Below are positions 42,783-52,733 of a DNA stretch of 64,000 bases, one piece after another (position 1 is the stretch's first letter; each line of letters opens with the position of its first letter). Below the pieces are notes generated by a model. That model ran no database searches, had not been told where the DNA came from, and saw only the letters and a program-made list of their open reading frames with translations. The DNA is taken from contig OZ243916.1 of the NCBI GenBank assembly GCA_965213675.1, forward strand, positions 928,001-992,000. Reading direction: 5' to 3'. Source of the stretch: an uncultured Candidatus Binatia bacterium (GTDB taxonomy: Bacteria; Desulfobacterota; Binatia; UBA9968; JAJDTQ01). The position numbers and the translations under genes were made by a program.

Positions 42783-42860
42783 GTCCCCGTCGTCTAGGCT
42801 GGCCCAGGACACCGGCCTTTCACGCCGGCAACACGGGTTCAAATCCCGTCGGGGACGCCA
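42783..42860 (+). tRNA. tRNA-Glu (TTC)
   Basis: Acceptor GTCCCCG/CGGGGAC, anticodon arm CCGGC-CTTTCAC-GCCGG, GGTTCAAATCC, CCA end. Confidence 0.96.
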
Positions 42861-42879
42861 ATCCTGTCATGTATGCTTT

Positions 42880-43569
42880 TCATGGGACGCCGTTGGCCAC
42901 CAGGGCTTTCGCATAGAGGATGTCCTCGGGATAGGTGACCTTGATGTTGGTGGTGGATCCCTCCACGATCCCCACCGGCAGGCCCAGCCGTTCCACCAGC
43001 ATGGCGTCGTCCGTCGCTTCCACCCCATCCCGTTCTGCCCTTGCGTAGGCGTCCCGCAGCACGCGCACGGGAAAGGCTTGAGGGGTCTGGATCTCCCACA
43101 GGCTTTGTCGCGGGAGCGTTTGCCGAACCTGTCCACGCAGCACCGTCTTGATCGTATTGCGCGCCGGCACCGCGGCCGTGACCGAACGGCCCCGGCGCGC
43201 CTCCCGCGCGCAACGGTCGATGAGGTCCGGCGCGGCAAAGGGCCGCGCCCCGTCGTGGACCACCACGAAAACACAGTCGGGGTCCAATCCCGCGAGCCCG
43301 GACCGGACCGAGTCCTGCCTGCGCTCCCCGCCGGGCCGAAGCGCGATCTCCAGGGACGCCGGCCGCGCCGGCTCAAGCAACGCCTCGTAGTCCGCCACCG
43401 CCCCCGGGGGCACCACCAGCACCGCCTTGCCAACTTCACGGGAACGACCGAAGCGCTCCAACGTATGGACAATCAGCGGCCGCCCGCCCACCGGCAGCAG
43501 CACCTTCGAGTTACGGCCCCCAACGCGGGTACCGCGGCCCGCGGCCAGAATGATGGCGTTGATTTCCAC
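42880..43569 (-). CDS. ispD: 2-C-methyl-D-erythritol 4-phosphate cytidylyltransferase
   Basis: LAAGRGTR, RQDSV, VHDGARP, QTPQAF, NIKVT. Confidence 0.93.
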   Translation of the reverse strand: MEINAIILAAGRGTRVGGRNSKVLLPVGGRPLIVHTLERFGRSREVGKAVLVVPPGAVADYEALLEPARPASLEIALRPGGERRQDSVRSGLAGLDPDCVFVVVHDGARPFAAPDLIDRCAREARRGRSVTAAVPARNTIKTVLRGQVRQTLPRQSLWEIQTPQAFPVRVLRDAYARAERDGVEATDDAMLVERLGLPVGIVEGSTTNIKVTYPEDILYAKALVANGVP

Positions 43570-43613
43570 GAACCACTCCCGATGGCTTCCCCTCGACGCC
43601 ATGCCGGAACCAC

Positions 43614-43648
43614 AAAAAAGAGCTGGAGGCATCCCTCCAGCTCTTTTT
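43614..43648. terminator. Bidirectional intrinsic terminator after carD
   Basis: AAAAAGAGCTGGAGG-CATC-CCTCCAGCTCTTTTT. Confidence 0.85.
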
Positions 43649-43670
43649 CACCTTGCCTGGAACACAAGAG

Positions 43671-44156
43671 TTATTGGGTGAAAATGTGACTCAACTCCTC
43701 CATGATCTTCTCTTCCGTATGCGACCTGGCGATGGACAGCTCCTTGACGAGAAGGTTTCTGGCGGTGTCGAGCACTTTTCTTTCTCCGAAGGATAGTTCC
43801 TTGTCGCCCTTCAACAGGAACAGATCCCGCAGCACGGCGGCGATTTCGATGACCGAGCCGGTCTTGATCTTCTCTGTGTACTCGCGATAGCGGCGGTTCC
43901 AGGTCTGTTGGTCGACGGGCGCCTTCTTCTTTTCCCGCAGAATGCGGTATACGCGTGACACGGTTGTCTTGTCGATGATCTTCCTCAGGCCCACGGCGAC
44001 GGCGTTGTCCACCGGCACCATGATTTTCATATCCGTATCGAGAATGCGCAACATGTAGAACTTTTTCTCGGTGCCGGATATCGCCTGACTGCGTACTGCT
44101 TCGATTTCACCGACTCCATGGGCAGGATAGACAACCTTCTCTCCGACCTTGAACAT
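43671..44156 (-). CDS. carD: CarD/CdnL family RNA polymerase-binding regulator
   Basis: VVYPAHGVG, WNRRYRE, LSFGERK. Confidence 0.93.
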   Translation of the reverse strand: MFKVGEKVVYPAHGVGEIEAVRSQAISGTEKKFYMLRILDTDMKIMVPVDNAVAVGLRKIIDKTTVSRVYRILREKKKAPVDQQTWNRRYREYTEKIKTGSVIEIAAVLRDLFLLKGDKELSFGERKVLDTARNLLVKELSIARSHTEEKIMEELSHIFTQ

Positions 44157-44302
44157 TCATTCCTCCTTGAGTGTCAGAACCCGTAAGCGGAACAGGGGCA
44201 AGAAGTCCGGTAAATCCGGAGGAAGGTATTTCCAGAGGGGTGGGCGAGGATTTGAAATACACGTTTCAACGACTGTTCTCTTCCAGAATCAATAGCTCTT
44301 CC

Positions 44303-44332
44303 TTTATACATCGGTGAGGACGAAAACGTCAA
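44303..44332 (-). promoter_or_regulatory. Probable carD promoter
   Basis: TTGACG-18-TATAAA on minus strand in AT-rich intergenic region. Confidence 0.55.
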
Positions 44333-44398
44333 GCAACGGACGAACAAATTAAACGTTCATAATATTCGCATGTTGCATCCATATATTCAATCAGAGCA

Positions 44399-44899
44399 TT
44401 AAGGTAAACCTTGGCGGTGAAGCTTGCGATCCATCAGCCACGCGTCCTCACCGTTGTCCGAATAGTACCCACGGCGCTGGCCACAGAACTCGAACCCAAG
44501 TGATCGGTAAAGCGCCTGCGCCGCATCGTTGGACTTCCGGACCTCCAGTGTCACGCGCCGGAACCCGCGCTCGGCCGCCCGGTCGATGAGATCCTCGAGC
44601 ATGGCCCGGGCGACTCCGCGACGGCGATATCCTGGATGCACGGCGACATTGTGGATATCCAACTCGTCGACAACTTCCCAGTAAATGACGTAACCGACGG
44701 GCTCGCCGTCGGATTGGCACAGGAGGGAGCGCGCGTTGGCGGCCTGCAATTCCTGAAGGAAGAACTGCCGGCTCCACGGACTCGCGAACGCGGCGCGCTC
44801 GATGGCCATGACGGTCTCGATGTCCGCCACGGTCATGGACCGGAATTCAAGCTGTCCGCTGGCGCTCGCCGACATGTCCCGGAGGGGCGTGGGCGGCAC
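44399..44899 (-). CDS. rimI: RimI-like GNAT acetyltransferase
   Basis: NVAVHPGYRRRG, LEVRKSN, RRGYY..GEDA; start uncertain. Confidence 0.88.
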   Translation of the reverse strand: MPPTPLRDMSASASGQLEFRSMTVADIETVMAIERAAFASPWSRQFFLQELQAANARSLLCQSDGEPVGYVIYWEVVDELDIHNVAVHPGYRRRGVARAMLEDLIDRAAERGFRRVTLEVRKSNDAAQALYRSLGFEFCGQRRGYYSDNGEDAWLMDRKLHRQGLP

Positions 44900-46258
44900 T
44901 TAGTTGACCCAACCCAATCGCGCTGCGCTTTCCTTGAGGAGGAGCACGTCCAGAACCTTGCTCCCAAGTTGGTGGGCGAATCCGTAGACGCGATCCTGGA
45001 GCGGTATGACCGTGGTGAACTCGGGTGGGAAGGCGCCGACGCTCGACGAGATCCTGCGTACGCGCTCGTCCAGCAGGCGGCCCCTGACGATAAGTTGGCC
45101 TCCCTTCAAAAGCAGATCGTAGTCGTAGTCGGGCATGTGCCGGGGCAGCCTGGCGGGGATGGCGATGCCGAGGCGCGGGAGTTGCGTGGGGAACTCAAGG
45201 CGCAGGTGATAGGCCTTGCCCAGGTCCTGCACGGTGTAGGCGTGACCGTAGCGGCGCTCGCGTTCCAGCTTCTCGACGAACCGGGAATCGTAGAATCCCT
45301 CCACCGGCACCGGAATCCGGCGCAGAAGCTTGCCCTCACGTGACAGGAAGGGCCGCAACACAAAGGCCAGCGGCACGCCGTACAGGGCCGCGCTCACCGT
45401 GACCTGCTCGACCGGCACGGCGCGGAATACGCTGTGCCGCAAGCGATAGAGCACTTCCGCCAACGCCACGAGGAAGCCCACCAGAATGTACATGTTGACG
45501 CCCTTGCCGAACGCCAGCCCGAGCCCTTCCACCGAAACGCCGATGACGATGAACACCAGCGGATAGAGGAGCAGATTCAGCGTCATGTTGAGGGCCGTGG
45601 CGGCCGCACCGAGAAAGTAGGGCCACCCCACCAACTCGGCCACATCATCACGCGACTCGGGCGGCAAAGCGCCAAGCAGCGGCTGCAACAGCATCACCGC
45701 GACGCGTAGCGCACCCGACTCGCTGGTCTGGATGCGCTGCACCAGCTCGTCGAAGCCCATGGGCAGTTGTCCGGGAAAAACCTTTGGGGGGCGCGCCGGC
45801 TCCGGTTCCTCGTCAGGCTCTTCCACGGGCATCGGAACCGGCGCGGCGATGACGGGTGCGGGCGGCGGCGCCGCTGCGGGTGCGGGAGCCACCGCCGGTG
45901 CCGTGGTGCCGTTGGCGGCCGCGGCCGGCGCGGCGGCCTCGGCGGGCGCCGCCGCCTCGCCCGCACCTTCTCCGGTACGGAAGCGGGACTCGAACTCCTG
46001 GCCGAAGTCGACGTCCGTGTGCAGCACCCGTGCCCGGTCGATCAGCACTCCTTCGGATTCGACGTTGTTGGGGTCGGTCACACAGCAGTCCACCGGACAG
46101 ACCGCGGCGCACGCCTCGTAGTCGTGGAACCCGACGCATTCGGTACACAGTACCGGGTCGATGACGTAGATCTCATCGTTCTGGGTGATGGCTTCGTTGG
46201 GACACTCCGGCTCACAAGCGCCGCAATTGATGCAGTCGCTGGTTATCATCGTAGCCAT
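44900..46258 (-). CDS. YfhL-type 2[4Fe-4S] ferredoxin fused to membrane segment and Hsp20-like domain
   Basis: CINCGACEPECP and CTECVGFHDYEACAAVCP; Ala/Pro linker; hydrophobic helices; beta-rich C-terminus. Confidence 0.8.
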   Translation of the reverse strand: MATMITSDCINCGACEPECPNEAITQNDEIYVIDPVLCTECVGFHDYEACAAVCPVDCCVTDPNNVESEGVLIDRARVLHTDVDFGQEFESRFRTGEGAGEAAAPAEAAAPAAAANGTTAPAVAPAPAAAPPPAPVIAAPVPMPVEEPDEEPEPARPPKVFPGQLPMGFDELVQRIQTSESGALRVAVMLLQPLLGALPPESRDDVAELVGWPYFLGAAATALNMTLNLLLYPLVFIVIGVSVEGLGLAFGKGVNMYILVGFLVALAEVLYRLRHSVFRAVPVEQVTVSAALYGVPLAFVLRPFLSREGKLLRRIPVPVEGFYDSRFVEKLERERRYGHAYTVQDLGKAYHLRLEFPTQLPRLGIAIPARLPRHMPDYDYDLLLKGGQLIVRGRLLDERVRRISSSVGAFPPEFTTVIPLQDRVYGFAHQLGSKVLDVLLLKESAARLGWVN

Positions 46259-46457
46259 GGAAACAACGCTCCTGAAAACGCTCCTGAATCACATCCGGCC
46301 GCCGGATGACCGCGACCGATCCCTGCCGTTCCGCGCAACGGTTTACAGCCCGGGTTTACAGCCCGTGACGGTCAAAATAGTTGATTTTTCGAGTTTCTTC
46401 AACGTGTTGGCGCCGCCTTGAACAACCCCGAAGCCGTATGTTAAACGTAATGCTTCC

Positions 46458-46533
46458 GGCGGCGTACCCAAGTGGTTAAGGGAGAGGTCTGCAAAACCTC
46501 GATGCGGCGGTTCGAATCCGCCCGCCGCCTCCA
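46458..46533 (+). tRNA. tRNA-Cys (GCA)
   Basis: Acceptor GGCGGCG/CGCCGCC, GAGGT-CTGCAAA-ACCTC, GGTTCGAATCC, TCCA end. Confidence 0.96.
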
Positions 46534-46636
46534 TGTCCAGAACACCCCTGTCCAGAGCACCCTTTTCCAGAAGCCACACCTTCCCGACTGACAGCACACG
46601 GCCGCGTCTTGTCTTGCCCTGCCCCCGCGCGCTGCC

Positions 46637-48433
46637 TCAACCGCGTTGCAGCATCTCGTCGATGAGGTCGCCGTAGCGCTCCATCACGATCCGGCGCTTG
46701 AGCTTGAGGCTCGGCGTCAACTCCCCGGTGCCGGTGGAGAAGTCTCCGGGCAGGACGCGAAAGTCCCGCACCGCCTCGAACGGCGCCAGTTCCCGGTTAC
46801 GTTCGCGGATGCGTTGGCGGAGAAAGTCGGCGAGCCGCGCATCGGCGGCCGCATCCTCGGGCTCGGCCCACTCGACACCTTCCTTCTCCGCCCAGCGTCG
46901 GGCCTCCCCCGCGTCCAGCGTGATCAGAGCCACCAGGTGGCTGGTGTTGTCGCCCCACACCATGGCCTGGCTGATGAGCGGTTCCTTGCGCAGATGGTTT
47001 TCGATCATTTGCGGCGCGACGTTCTTGCCCCCGGAGGTCACGATGAGTTCTTTCTTGCGGTCGGTGATGCGCAGGAAACCGCCGTCCTCGATGCGTCCCA
47101 CGTCGCCGGTGTGAAACCAGCCGTCCTCGTCGATGACGTCGCGCGTCGCCGCGGGATCCTCGTAGTAGCCCTTCATCACGTTGGCGCCCCGGATCAGGAT
47201 TTCGCCGTCATCGGCAATGCGGCACTCCACTCCGTCCATGGCCAGGCCCACCGTGCCGATGCGATAGCGGTCGATGCGGTTCACGTGGGTCACGGTGGAG
47301 GTCTCGGTGAGGCCGTAGCCCTCCACGATCCACACCCCCAGGGCCTGAAAGAAATCGGCGATGGCGTCCGCCAGCGGCGCGCCGCCGGAAACGGCCATAC
47401 GGAGCCGGCCGCCCAAACCGGCGCGGACCTTCGACAGCACCAGGGAATCGGCCAGCCGGTAGCACAGCCGCAGACACGGATTGCACGCCTCGCCCCGGCG
47501 CGCCCGGTCATTGTAACGCTGGCCCACGGACACCGCCCAGCGGAACAGGCGTTGGCGCAGCGGGCTGGAGCTCTCCACCCGGTTGAGGATGCGCCGGTGG
47601 GCGTTCTCGTACACCCGGGGCACCGAGAAGAGCATGGTGGGGCGGACCGTCTGCAAGTCCGCGGACAAGGTCTCGATGGCGCGCGCGAAGGCACACTCAT
47701 AGCCCCGGCCCACGACGATGAAATGCTCGAGACGGCCGAAGGAGTGCGCCAGCGGCAGGAACTGCAGCGCCACGTCGTCCTCGCTCACCGATATGGCGCC
47801 CAAGGCGGACGTGATGATGAACAGGTAATGGCCGTGGGTGGTGAGGACCCCCTTGGGCTCGCCGGTGGTGCCCGACGTGTAGATGATGGTGAGGTCGTCG
47901 TCCGGCCCCAGAGCCCCGGCCAGCTCCCGGAACGTCTCCGGGTGGGCGCCACGGTATTCCCGCCCCATCTCCTTCAGGCCCTCAAGAGACAGAACATGCG
48001 CATCCGATGGCGCGGCCTCGCCGTCCAGCAACACCACGGTCCGCACCGCCGCCAGACCCGCCCTCGACCGATCCAGGCGCGCCAGCGCCACGGGCGAGTC
48101 CACCACCAGGACTGTCGCCCCGGAATGCGCGACGATGTATTCCACTTGTGCGGGAGTGTTCGACGGGTAGACCGGGACCGTGAGAGCGCCGATGCAGATG
48201 CCGGCCCAATCCAGCAGGCACCACTCCACCCGGTTGGCGGCGAAGAGGGCCACCCGATCCCCCTTCTTCACGCCCGCCGCCACCAGTCCGAGGGCGATCT
48301 CCTCCACTTCGGCGGACGCCTCCGCCCATGTCTGGCTGCGCCAGACGCCTTCACGCCAGAAGCGGTAGAGGACGCGCTCGCGCTGAGCCTCAGCTTGACG
48401 GAGAAAAAGGTCGGCAAGGCTCCGGTACGCCAT
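46637..48433 (-). CDS. Long-chain fatty acid--CoA ligase
   Basis: YTSGTTGEPKG, EGYGLTE, WFHTGD, ITDRKKELIVTSGGKN. Confidence 0.9.
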   Translation of the reverse strand: MAYRSLADLFLRQAEAQRERVLYRFWREGVWRSQTWAEASAEVEEIALGLVAAGVKKGDRVALFAANRVEWCLLDWAGICIGALTVPVYPSNTPAQVEYIVAHSGATVLVVDSPVALARLDRSRAGLAAVRTVVLLDGEAAPSDAHVLSLEGLKEMGREYRGAHPETFRELAGALGPDDDLTIIYTSGTTGEPKGVLTTHGHYLFIITSALGAISVSEDDVALQFLPLAHSFGRLEHFIVVGRGYECAFARAIETLSADLQTVRPTMLFSVPRVYENAHRRILNRVESSSPLRQRLFRWAVSVGQRYNDRARRGEACNPCLRLCYRLADSLVLSKVRAGLGGRLRMAVSGGAPLADAIADFFQALGVWIVEGYGLTETSTVTHVNRIDRYRIGTVGLAMDGVECRIADDGEILIRGANVMKGYYEDPAATRDVIDEDGWFHTGDVGRIEDGGFLRITDRKKELIVTSGGKNVAPQMIENHLRKEPLISQAMVWGDNTSHLVALITLDAGEARRWAEKEGVEWAEPEDAAADARLADFLRQRIRERNRELAPFEAVRDFRVLPGDFSTGTGELTPSLKLKRRIVMERYGDLIDEMLQRG

Positions 48434-48573
48434 GCTTGAACTATAGCACAAGGGACTCATTGCGTGCCTCCCGCCAGAATGCCGCGACGTCGCCCGTGAA
48501 CGTCCCAAGCTTCCGCGAGCCATGGAAGGGGTCCGTGCAGGGGCAACCCGGCAAGGGCCAGCGCCGGCCGCCC

Positions 48574-49695
48574 CTACACGGACTCTGCGCCGTAGAACCG
48601 GCGGATATGCGCGGCGACGTATTGCTGCTGCGCCGCTGTCAACTCAGGGTAGTTGGGCAGTGCCAGGGAGGACCGGGCCGCGGCTTCGGCCTCGGGGAAC
48701 TCGCCGGCACGGTAGCCCAGGCCCTGGAAGCATTCCTGCTGGTGCAGCGCCAGCGGGTAGTAGATTTCGGTGGCGACGCCGCGCTCCTCCATGAAAGCAC
48801 GCAGGCGGTCGCGCTCGGGCGCGCGGATCACGAACTGATTGTAGACGTGGCCGGGACAGTCGCCGGGCAGGGTGACCCGGTTTTCCGACGCCACAGGTTC
48901 CAGGAGTTCCCGGTAGCCTCGCGCATTGCGCCGCCGCCCCTCCACCCATGCCCGGAGATGCTTCAGTTTCACCCGCAGCACGGCGGCCTGCAGGCTGTCC
49001 AGCCGGAAGTTTCCTCCCACCAGGCGGTGATGGTACTTGGGCTCCTCGCCGTGGACACGAAGCAGCCGGACGCGCCGGGCCAGCGCCTCGTCGTCGGTGA
49101 CAACCATGCCGCCGTCGCCGAAAGCGCCCAGGTTCTTGCTCGGGTAGAAGGAGAAGCAACCCAGGGCGCCGGTCGTGCCGGCGCTCCGGCCGCGGGAATC
49201 CACCGCGCCGAAGGACTGTGCCGCGTCCTCGACCACGGCGACGCCGCGCGCGGCAGCCGCTTGCAGAATGGGATCCAGGTCCGTGCAGCGCCCGAACAGA
49301 TGCACCGGCAGGACCGCGCGGGTACGCGGGCCCAGGCGCGCCGCCACCGCTTCCGGGTCCATGTTGAAGGTGTCGGGGTCGATGTCGACCAACACCGGCC
49401 GCGCCCCCAGCCGCGCGATGACGCCGGCGCTGGCAAAGAAGGAATAGGCCGTGGTGACGATCTCGTCTCCCGGCCCCACGTCCAGCGCCATCAATGAAGC
49501 CAGCAGCGCATCGGTGCCGGACGAGACGCCCACCGCGAAACGCGCCCCGGTAAAGGCCGCGGCATCCTCCTCGAATCCGGTCACTTCAGGCCCGAGGATG
49601 AAACGCTGCGACGCACACACGCGCAGCACCGCTTCCTGGATTTCTTCCCTAATGGTTTCGTACTGTGCTTTCAGGTCCAGCAACGGCACTTGCAT
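48574..49695 (-). CDS. DegT/DnrJ/EryC1/StrS sugar aminotransferase
   Basis: SSGTDAL, EDAAQS, SFYPSKNLG, GNFRLDSLQAA. Confidence 0.92.
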   Translation of the reverse strand: MQVPLLDLKAQYETIREEIQEAVLRVCASQRFILGPEVTGFEEDAAAFTGARFAVGVSSGTDALLASLMALDVGPGDEIVTTAYSFFASAGVIARLGARPVLVDIDPDTFNMDPEAVAARLGPRTRAVLPVHLFGRCTDLDPILQAAAARGVAVVEDAAQSFGAVDSRGRSAGTTGALGCFSFYPSKNLGAFGDGGMVVTDDEALARRVRLLRVHGEEPKYHHRLVGGNFRLDSLQAAVLRVKLKHLRAWVEGRRRNARGYRELLEPVASENRVTLPGDCPGHVYNQFVIRAPERDRLRAFMEERGVATEIYYPLALHQQECFQGLGYRAGEFPEAEAAARSSLALPNYPELTAAQQQYVAAHIRRFYGAESV

Positions 49696-49817
49696 GCGAG
49701 TCACCACGCGCGTCCTGATGTCCTGCGGCGGCCGTGGAACTTGCCGCCGCAACGGGAAGTTGGTACCAAACCAGCCAGCGGCGCCCCGACGGCGCCAGCT
49801 CCGAGCCCGAGACCACC

Positions 49818-50471
49818 ATGACCAGAGTTATCGGATTGACCGGGGGCATCGCCACCGGAAAGAGCACGGTATCGCGGATATTGAGTGATCGCGCCGCCAT
49901 CGTCGACGCCGACCGGCTGGCGCGCGAAATCGTCGAACCCGGCCAGGAAGCCTGGCGGGAGATCGTCGACCTTTTCGGCCGCGCCGCGCTCCGCGAGGAC
50001 GAGACCCTGGACCGCGCGTACCTCCGCGGCATCGTCTTCAAGGAGCCCGCCAAGCGCCGGCGTCTCGAGGAGATCACCCACCCGCGCATCCGCGCCCTTG
50101 CGCGGCAGCGCATCGTCGAGCGGTCGCGCGATCACGCTTTCGTCATCTACGACGCGCCGCTTCTGTTCGAGGCCAGGATCCATCACTGGCTCCGTCCGGT
50201 CCTGCTGGTGGCATGCGCGCGCCCTGCCCAGGAGCAACGGCTGCGCCGCCGCGACGGACTCACCGAGGCCGACGTCGCAAGGCACCTGAAGGCACAAATG
50301 TCCATGGACGAAAAGCGCCGGCTGGCCGACTTCGTCGTCGACAACAACGGCACCCTGGCGGAACTCGAACGGAACGTGGCGCAGGCTTGGCAAGCCGTCC
50401 TGGCTACTTCGCCCGCTCGATATATTTTCCTTCCGACGGATCCACCCGAATCCGATCCCCCACCTGAATGA
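49818..50471 (+). CDS. coaE: Dephospho-CoA kinase
   Basis: IGLTGGIATGKS, DADRLAR, ITHPRI, DAPLLFE. Confidence 0.93.
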   Translation: MTRVIGLTGGIATGKSTVSRILSDRAAIVDADRLAREIVEPGQEAWREIVDLFGRAALREDETLDRAYLRGIVFKEPAKRRRLEEITHPRIRALARQRIVERSRDHAFVIYDAPLLFEARIHHWLRPVLLVACARPAQEQRLRRRDGLTEADVARHLKAQMSMDEKRRLADFVVDNNGTLAELERNVAQAWQAVLATSPARYIFLPTDPPESDPPPE

Positions 50472-50964
50472 ACGGCGGTACCTGCACCGTCACGCCGGTC
50501 TCCAGCCGGGCGGGCTTGTAGGACGCGGACGCGGTGGCTCCCTTCATCGAAGGCTCGGTCTCCACCACCTCCAACTCCACGGCGGAGGCAAGGCTGACCC
50601 CGACGGGGCTGCCGTCGTACAACTCCACGTTCACCACCTGATTGGGCAGCAGAAACGGCAGGATGTCGCCCACTTCCTCGGACGAAAGCTCCGTCTGCTC
50701 GTAGCTCTCGGTATCCATGAAGTTGTGCCGGTCCTCCTCGGCGTAGAGGTACTGCATCTCGCGACTTTCCAGGATGGCGCGGTCCACCCGGTCGTCGGAG
50801 CGGAACTTGTGCTCGGTGCCCACGCCGCTGCGCAGGTTCTTGAGCTTCGTCTGCATGAAGCCGTGGCCCTTTCCGGGGGTGAGATGCTTCACGGCGGTGA
50901 CGCGGTAGAGGTCGTCGTCGTAAAGGATGACCATGCCGGGCCGAAGCTGTGTCGCGTTGATCAT
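50404..50964 (-). CDS. efp: Elongation factor P
   Basis: TPGKG loop, MQYLY, KGATAS, KPARLETG, VPPFI. Confidence 0.95.
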   Translation of the reverse strand: MINATQLRPGMVILYDDDLYRVTAVKHLTPGKGHGFMQTKLKNLRSGVGTEHKFRSDDRVDRAILESREMQYLYAEEDRHNFMDTESYEQTELSSEEVGDILPFLLPNQVVNVELYDGSPVGVSLASAVELEVVETEPSMKGATASASYKPARLETGVTVQVPPFIQVGDRIRVDPSEGKYIERAK

Positions 50965-51098
50965 GTCGTCGCTTGTCCTTTCGTAGGCGCGCATCGAGCG
51001 CGCAGGCCGAGCCGCCCGATGGATGTCTTGATGCAATGGTTCGTTGCCGCGTACCCGGCCCTCGCGCCGGGTCCATCGCCCGGTGCCGCGCCATTCCG

Positions 51099-51443
51099 TT
51101 ATCCCGGCGGCCACCCCAGTGCCCGTCCGCCGAGAAGGTGGAGATGCACATGGCCGACACTCTGGGCCGCGTCCGCTCCGGTGTTCACCACCAGACGAAA
51201 ACCGCTCCCGGCCACGCCCTGGTCCACTGCGACCTGCCGGGCCACCTCCATGGCGCGCCCCAGCACGGCGCCATCCCCGGGCTCCAGTTCCGCAAGGCTG
51301 CCGATATGCCGGACGGGAATGATCAGGATATGCACCGGCGCCTTGGGGTCGATGTCCCTGAACGCCTGTACCGAGTCGTCCCGGTACACGATGTCGGCGG
51401 GGATTTCCCCCCTCGCGATGCCGCAGAAGAGGCAGTCGGCCAC
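51099..51443 (-). CDS. Histidine triad (HinT-like) protein
   Basis: CLFC, HVHLHLLGGR, WPPG; GGAGGTG RBS. Confidence 0.92.
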   Translation of the reverse strand: MADCLFCGIARGEIPADIVYRDDSVQAFRDIDPKAPVHILIIPVRHIGSLAELEPGDGAVLGRAMEVARQVAVDQGVAGSGFRLVVNTGADAAQSVGHVHLHLLGGRALGWPPG

Positions 51444-51460
51444 GATCCGTTCACCTCCCG

Positions 51461-51820
51461 TCAATCGTCTTCCGGGCAAAAGGCCCGCACCGTCCCCTCC
51501 TCCACCTTGAGCGGGACCCTTTGCAGCCACTCGCCGTAGCACGGCCCCCAGAGGCATTCTCCGGTGGTGGGCTCATACAGCGCGCCGTGGTTGGCGCAGA
51601 GCAGGTAGCGTTCGTCCTCGGTGAAGAACTGGCTGTCCACCCAATCCAACGGCAAGGGCACGTGCCGGCAACGGTTGACGTAGGCGTACAACTCGCCCTC
51701 GAAGCCGAACACGAACCCTTCGAGACTCTCTCCGCGGCAACGGAGCGTGAATTTCCGGGCCGCGCCGTCGGTAAACTCCTCCCGGCGGCCCACCCGCTTG
51801 CCCACAGATCGTCGCGCCAT
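51461..51820 (-). CDS. Rieske [2Fe-2S] protein
   Basis: CRH...CANH, GPC. Confidence 0.88.
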   Translation of the reverse strand: MARRSVGKRVGRREEFTDGAARKFTLRCRGESLEGFVFGFEGELYAYVNRCRHVPLPLDWVDSQFFTEDERYLLCANHGALYEPTTGECLWGPCYGEWLQRVPLKVEEGTVRAFCPEDD

Positions 51821-51848
51821 GATGCCAGTGCGGGGCCTGGTGTCGAGT

Positions 51849-52337
51849 TCAGTCCGCCATCTCGTGCAGAAAGGAAAGGTCCCCGGCCGGACAACGTACA
51901 ACGATGTCGCCTCCGTCCACAACCACCGGCAGGGAATGGAGCGAGAGTCCCTTGCAGGGACCGTCCACGCACACCCCCGTATCAGGCTCGTAAAGAGCGC
52001 CGTGGGTGGCGCACATCAGGTGCCGTCCGTCGTCGGTGAAGAACTGGTAGCGGACGAAGTCCAGCGGCGTCACCAGATGACGGCAACTGTTGATATAGGC
52101 ATGGAAGCGTCCCTGGTGATTGATCGCGAAGCACGCGATCCGGTACTTGCCGCAGATGAGCCAGAACTTCTTCACCGTTCCCGCCGGCAGTTCGTCCACC
52201 CTCGCCACCACCTTGCCGCCGGCCCGCGCCTCGCTGTGCATGCGCATGCGGTCGCGCCGAAAGCGTATCCGGCGCACGGCCAACGCCACGAGATACACGG
52301 CCAGGAACACGGCCGATGCGTAAAGGGTCAGTTCCAT
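51849..52337 (-). CDS. Membrane-anchored Rieske [2Fe-2S] protein
   Basis: N-terminal hydrophobic helix plus basic stretch; CRH...CATH. Confidence 0.86.
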   Translation of the reverse strand: MELTLYASAVFLAVYLVALAVRRIRFRRDRMRMHSEARAGGKVVARVDELPAGTVKKFWLICGKYRIACFAINHQGRFHAYINSCRHLVTPLDFVRYQFFTDDGRHLMCATHGALYEPDTGVCVDGPCKGLSLHSLPVVVDGGDIVVRCPAGDLSFLHEMAD

Positions 52338-52387
52338 GACGCGGGTTGCCCTCGCAGTCCAAGGGCGCTCGATTCCCCCGGCGGAGA

Positions 52388-52732
52388 CTAATCGGAGTTT
52401 CCCTGGTCCGGTCTCGGGGGCTTCTCGGTTACTTCGCGAACGCGCTGGACATCATCGGGGGTCTGACGCTCGTTGATGCCCATGACCTGCAAGAGATCAT
52501 TGGTCATGTCCGCGGTGAGACGGTCGCGCACGCTGCCGCGTCCGTCGGGGTTGGCCTTCAGAAAGCGCATGATCTTCTCCGGCGGGGCGCCGGTCTCTTC
52601 CAGCCGGTCCAGCAACTCGCTGAAGCCCACCTGACCGGCACAAGCCTGGACGGTTTCCGCCAGCCGCCGGCACTCGTGGCAGCTTCGGGCAAACAGTCCG
52701 GCGCGTGCGCCGCAGTAGATGCACGCGGCCAT
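52388..52732 (-). CDS. Hypothetical protein with N-terminal CxxC..CxxC zinc ribbon
   Basis: CIYC...CHEC; starts 1 bp after upstream stop. Confidence 0.7.
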   Translation of the reverse strand: MAACIYCGARAGLFARSCHECRRLAETVQACAGQVGFSELLDRLEETGAPPEKIMRFLKANPDGRGSVRDRLTADMTNDLLQVMGINERQTPDDVQRVREVTEKPPRPDQGNSD

Positions 52733-52733
52733 C

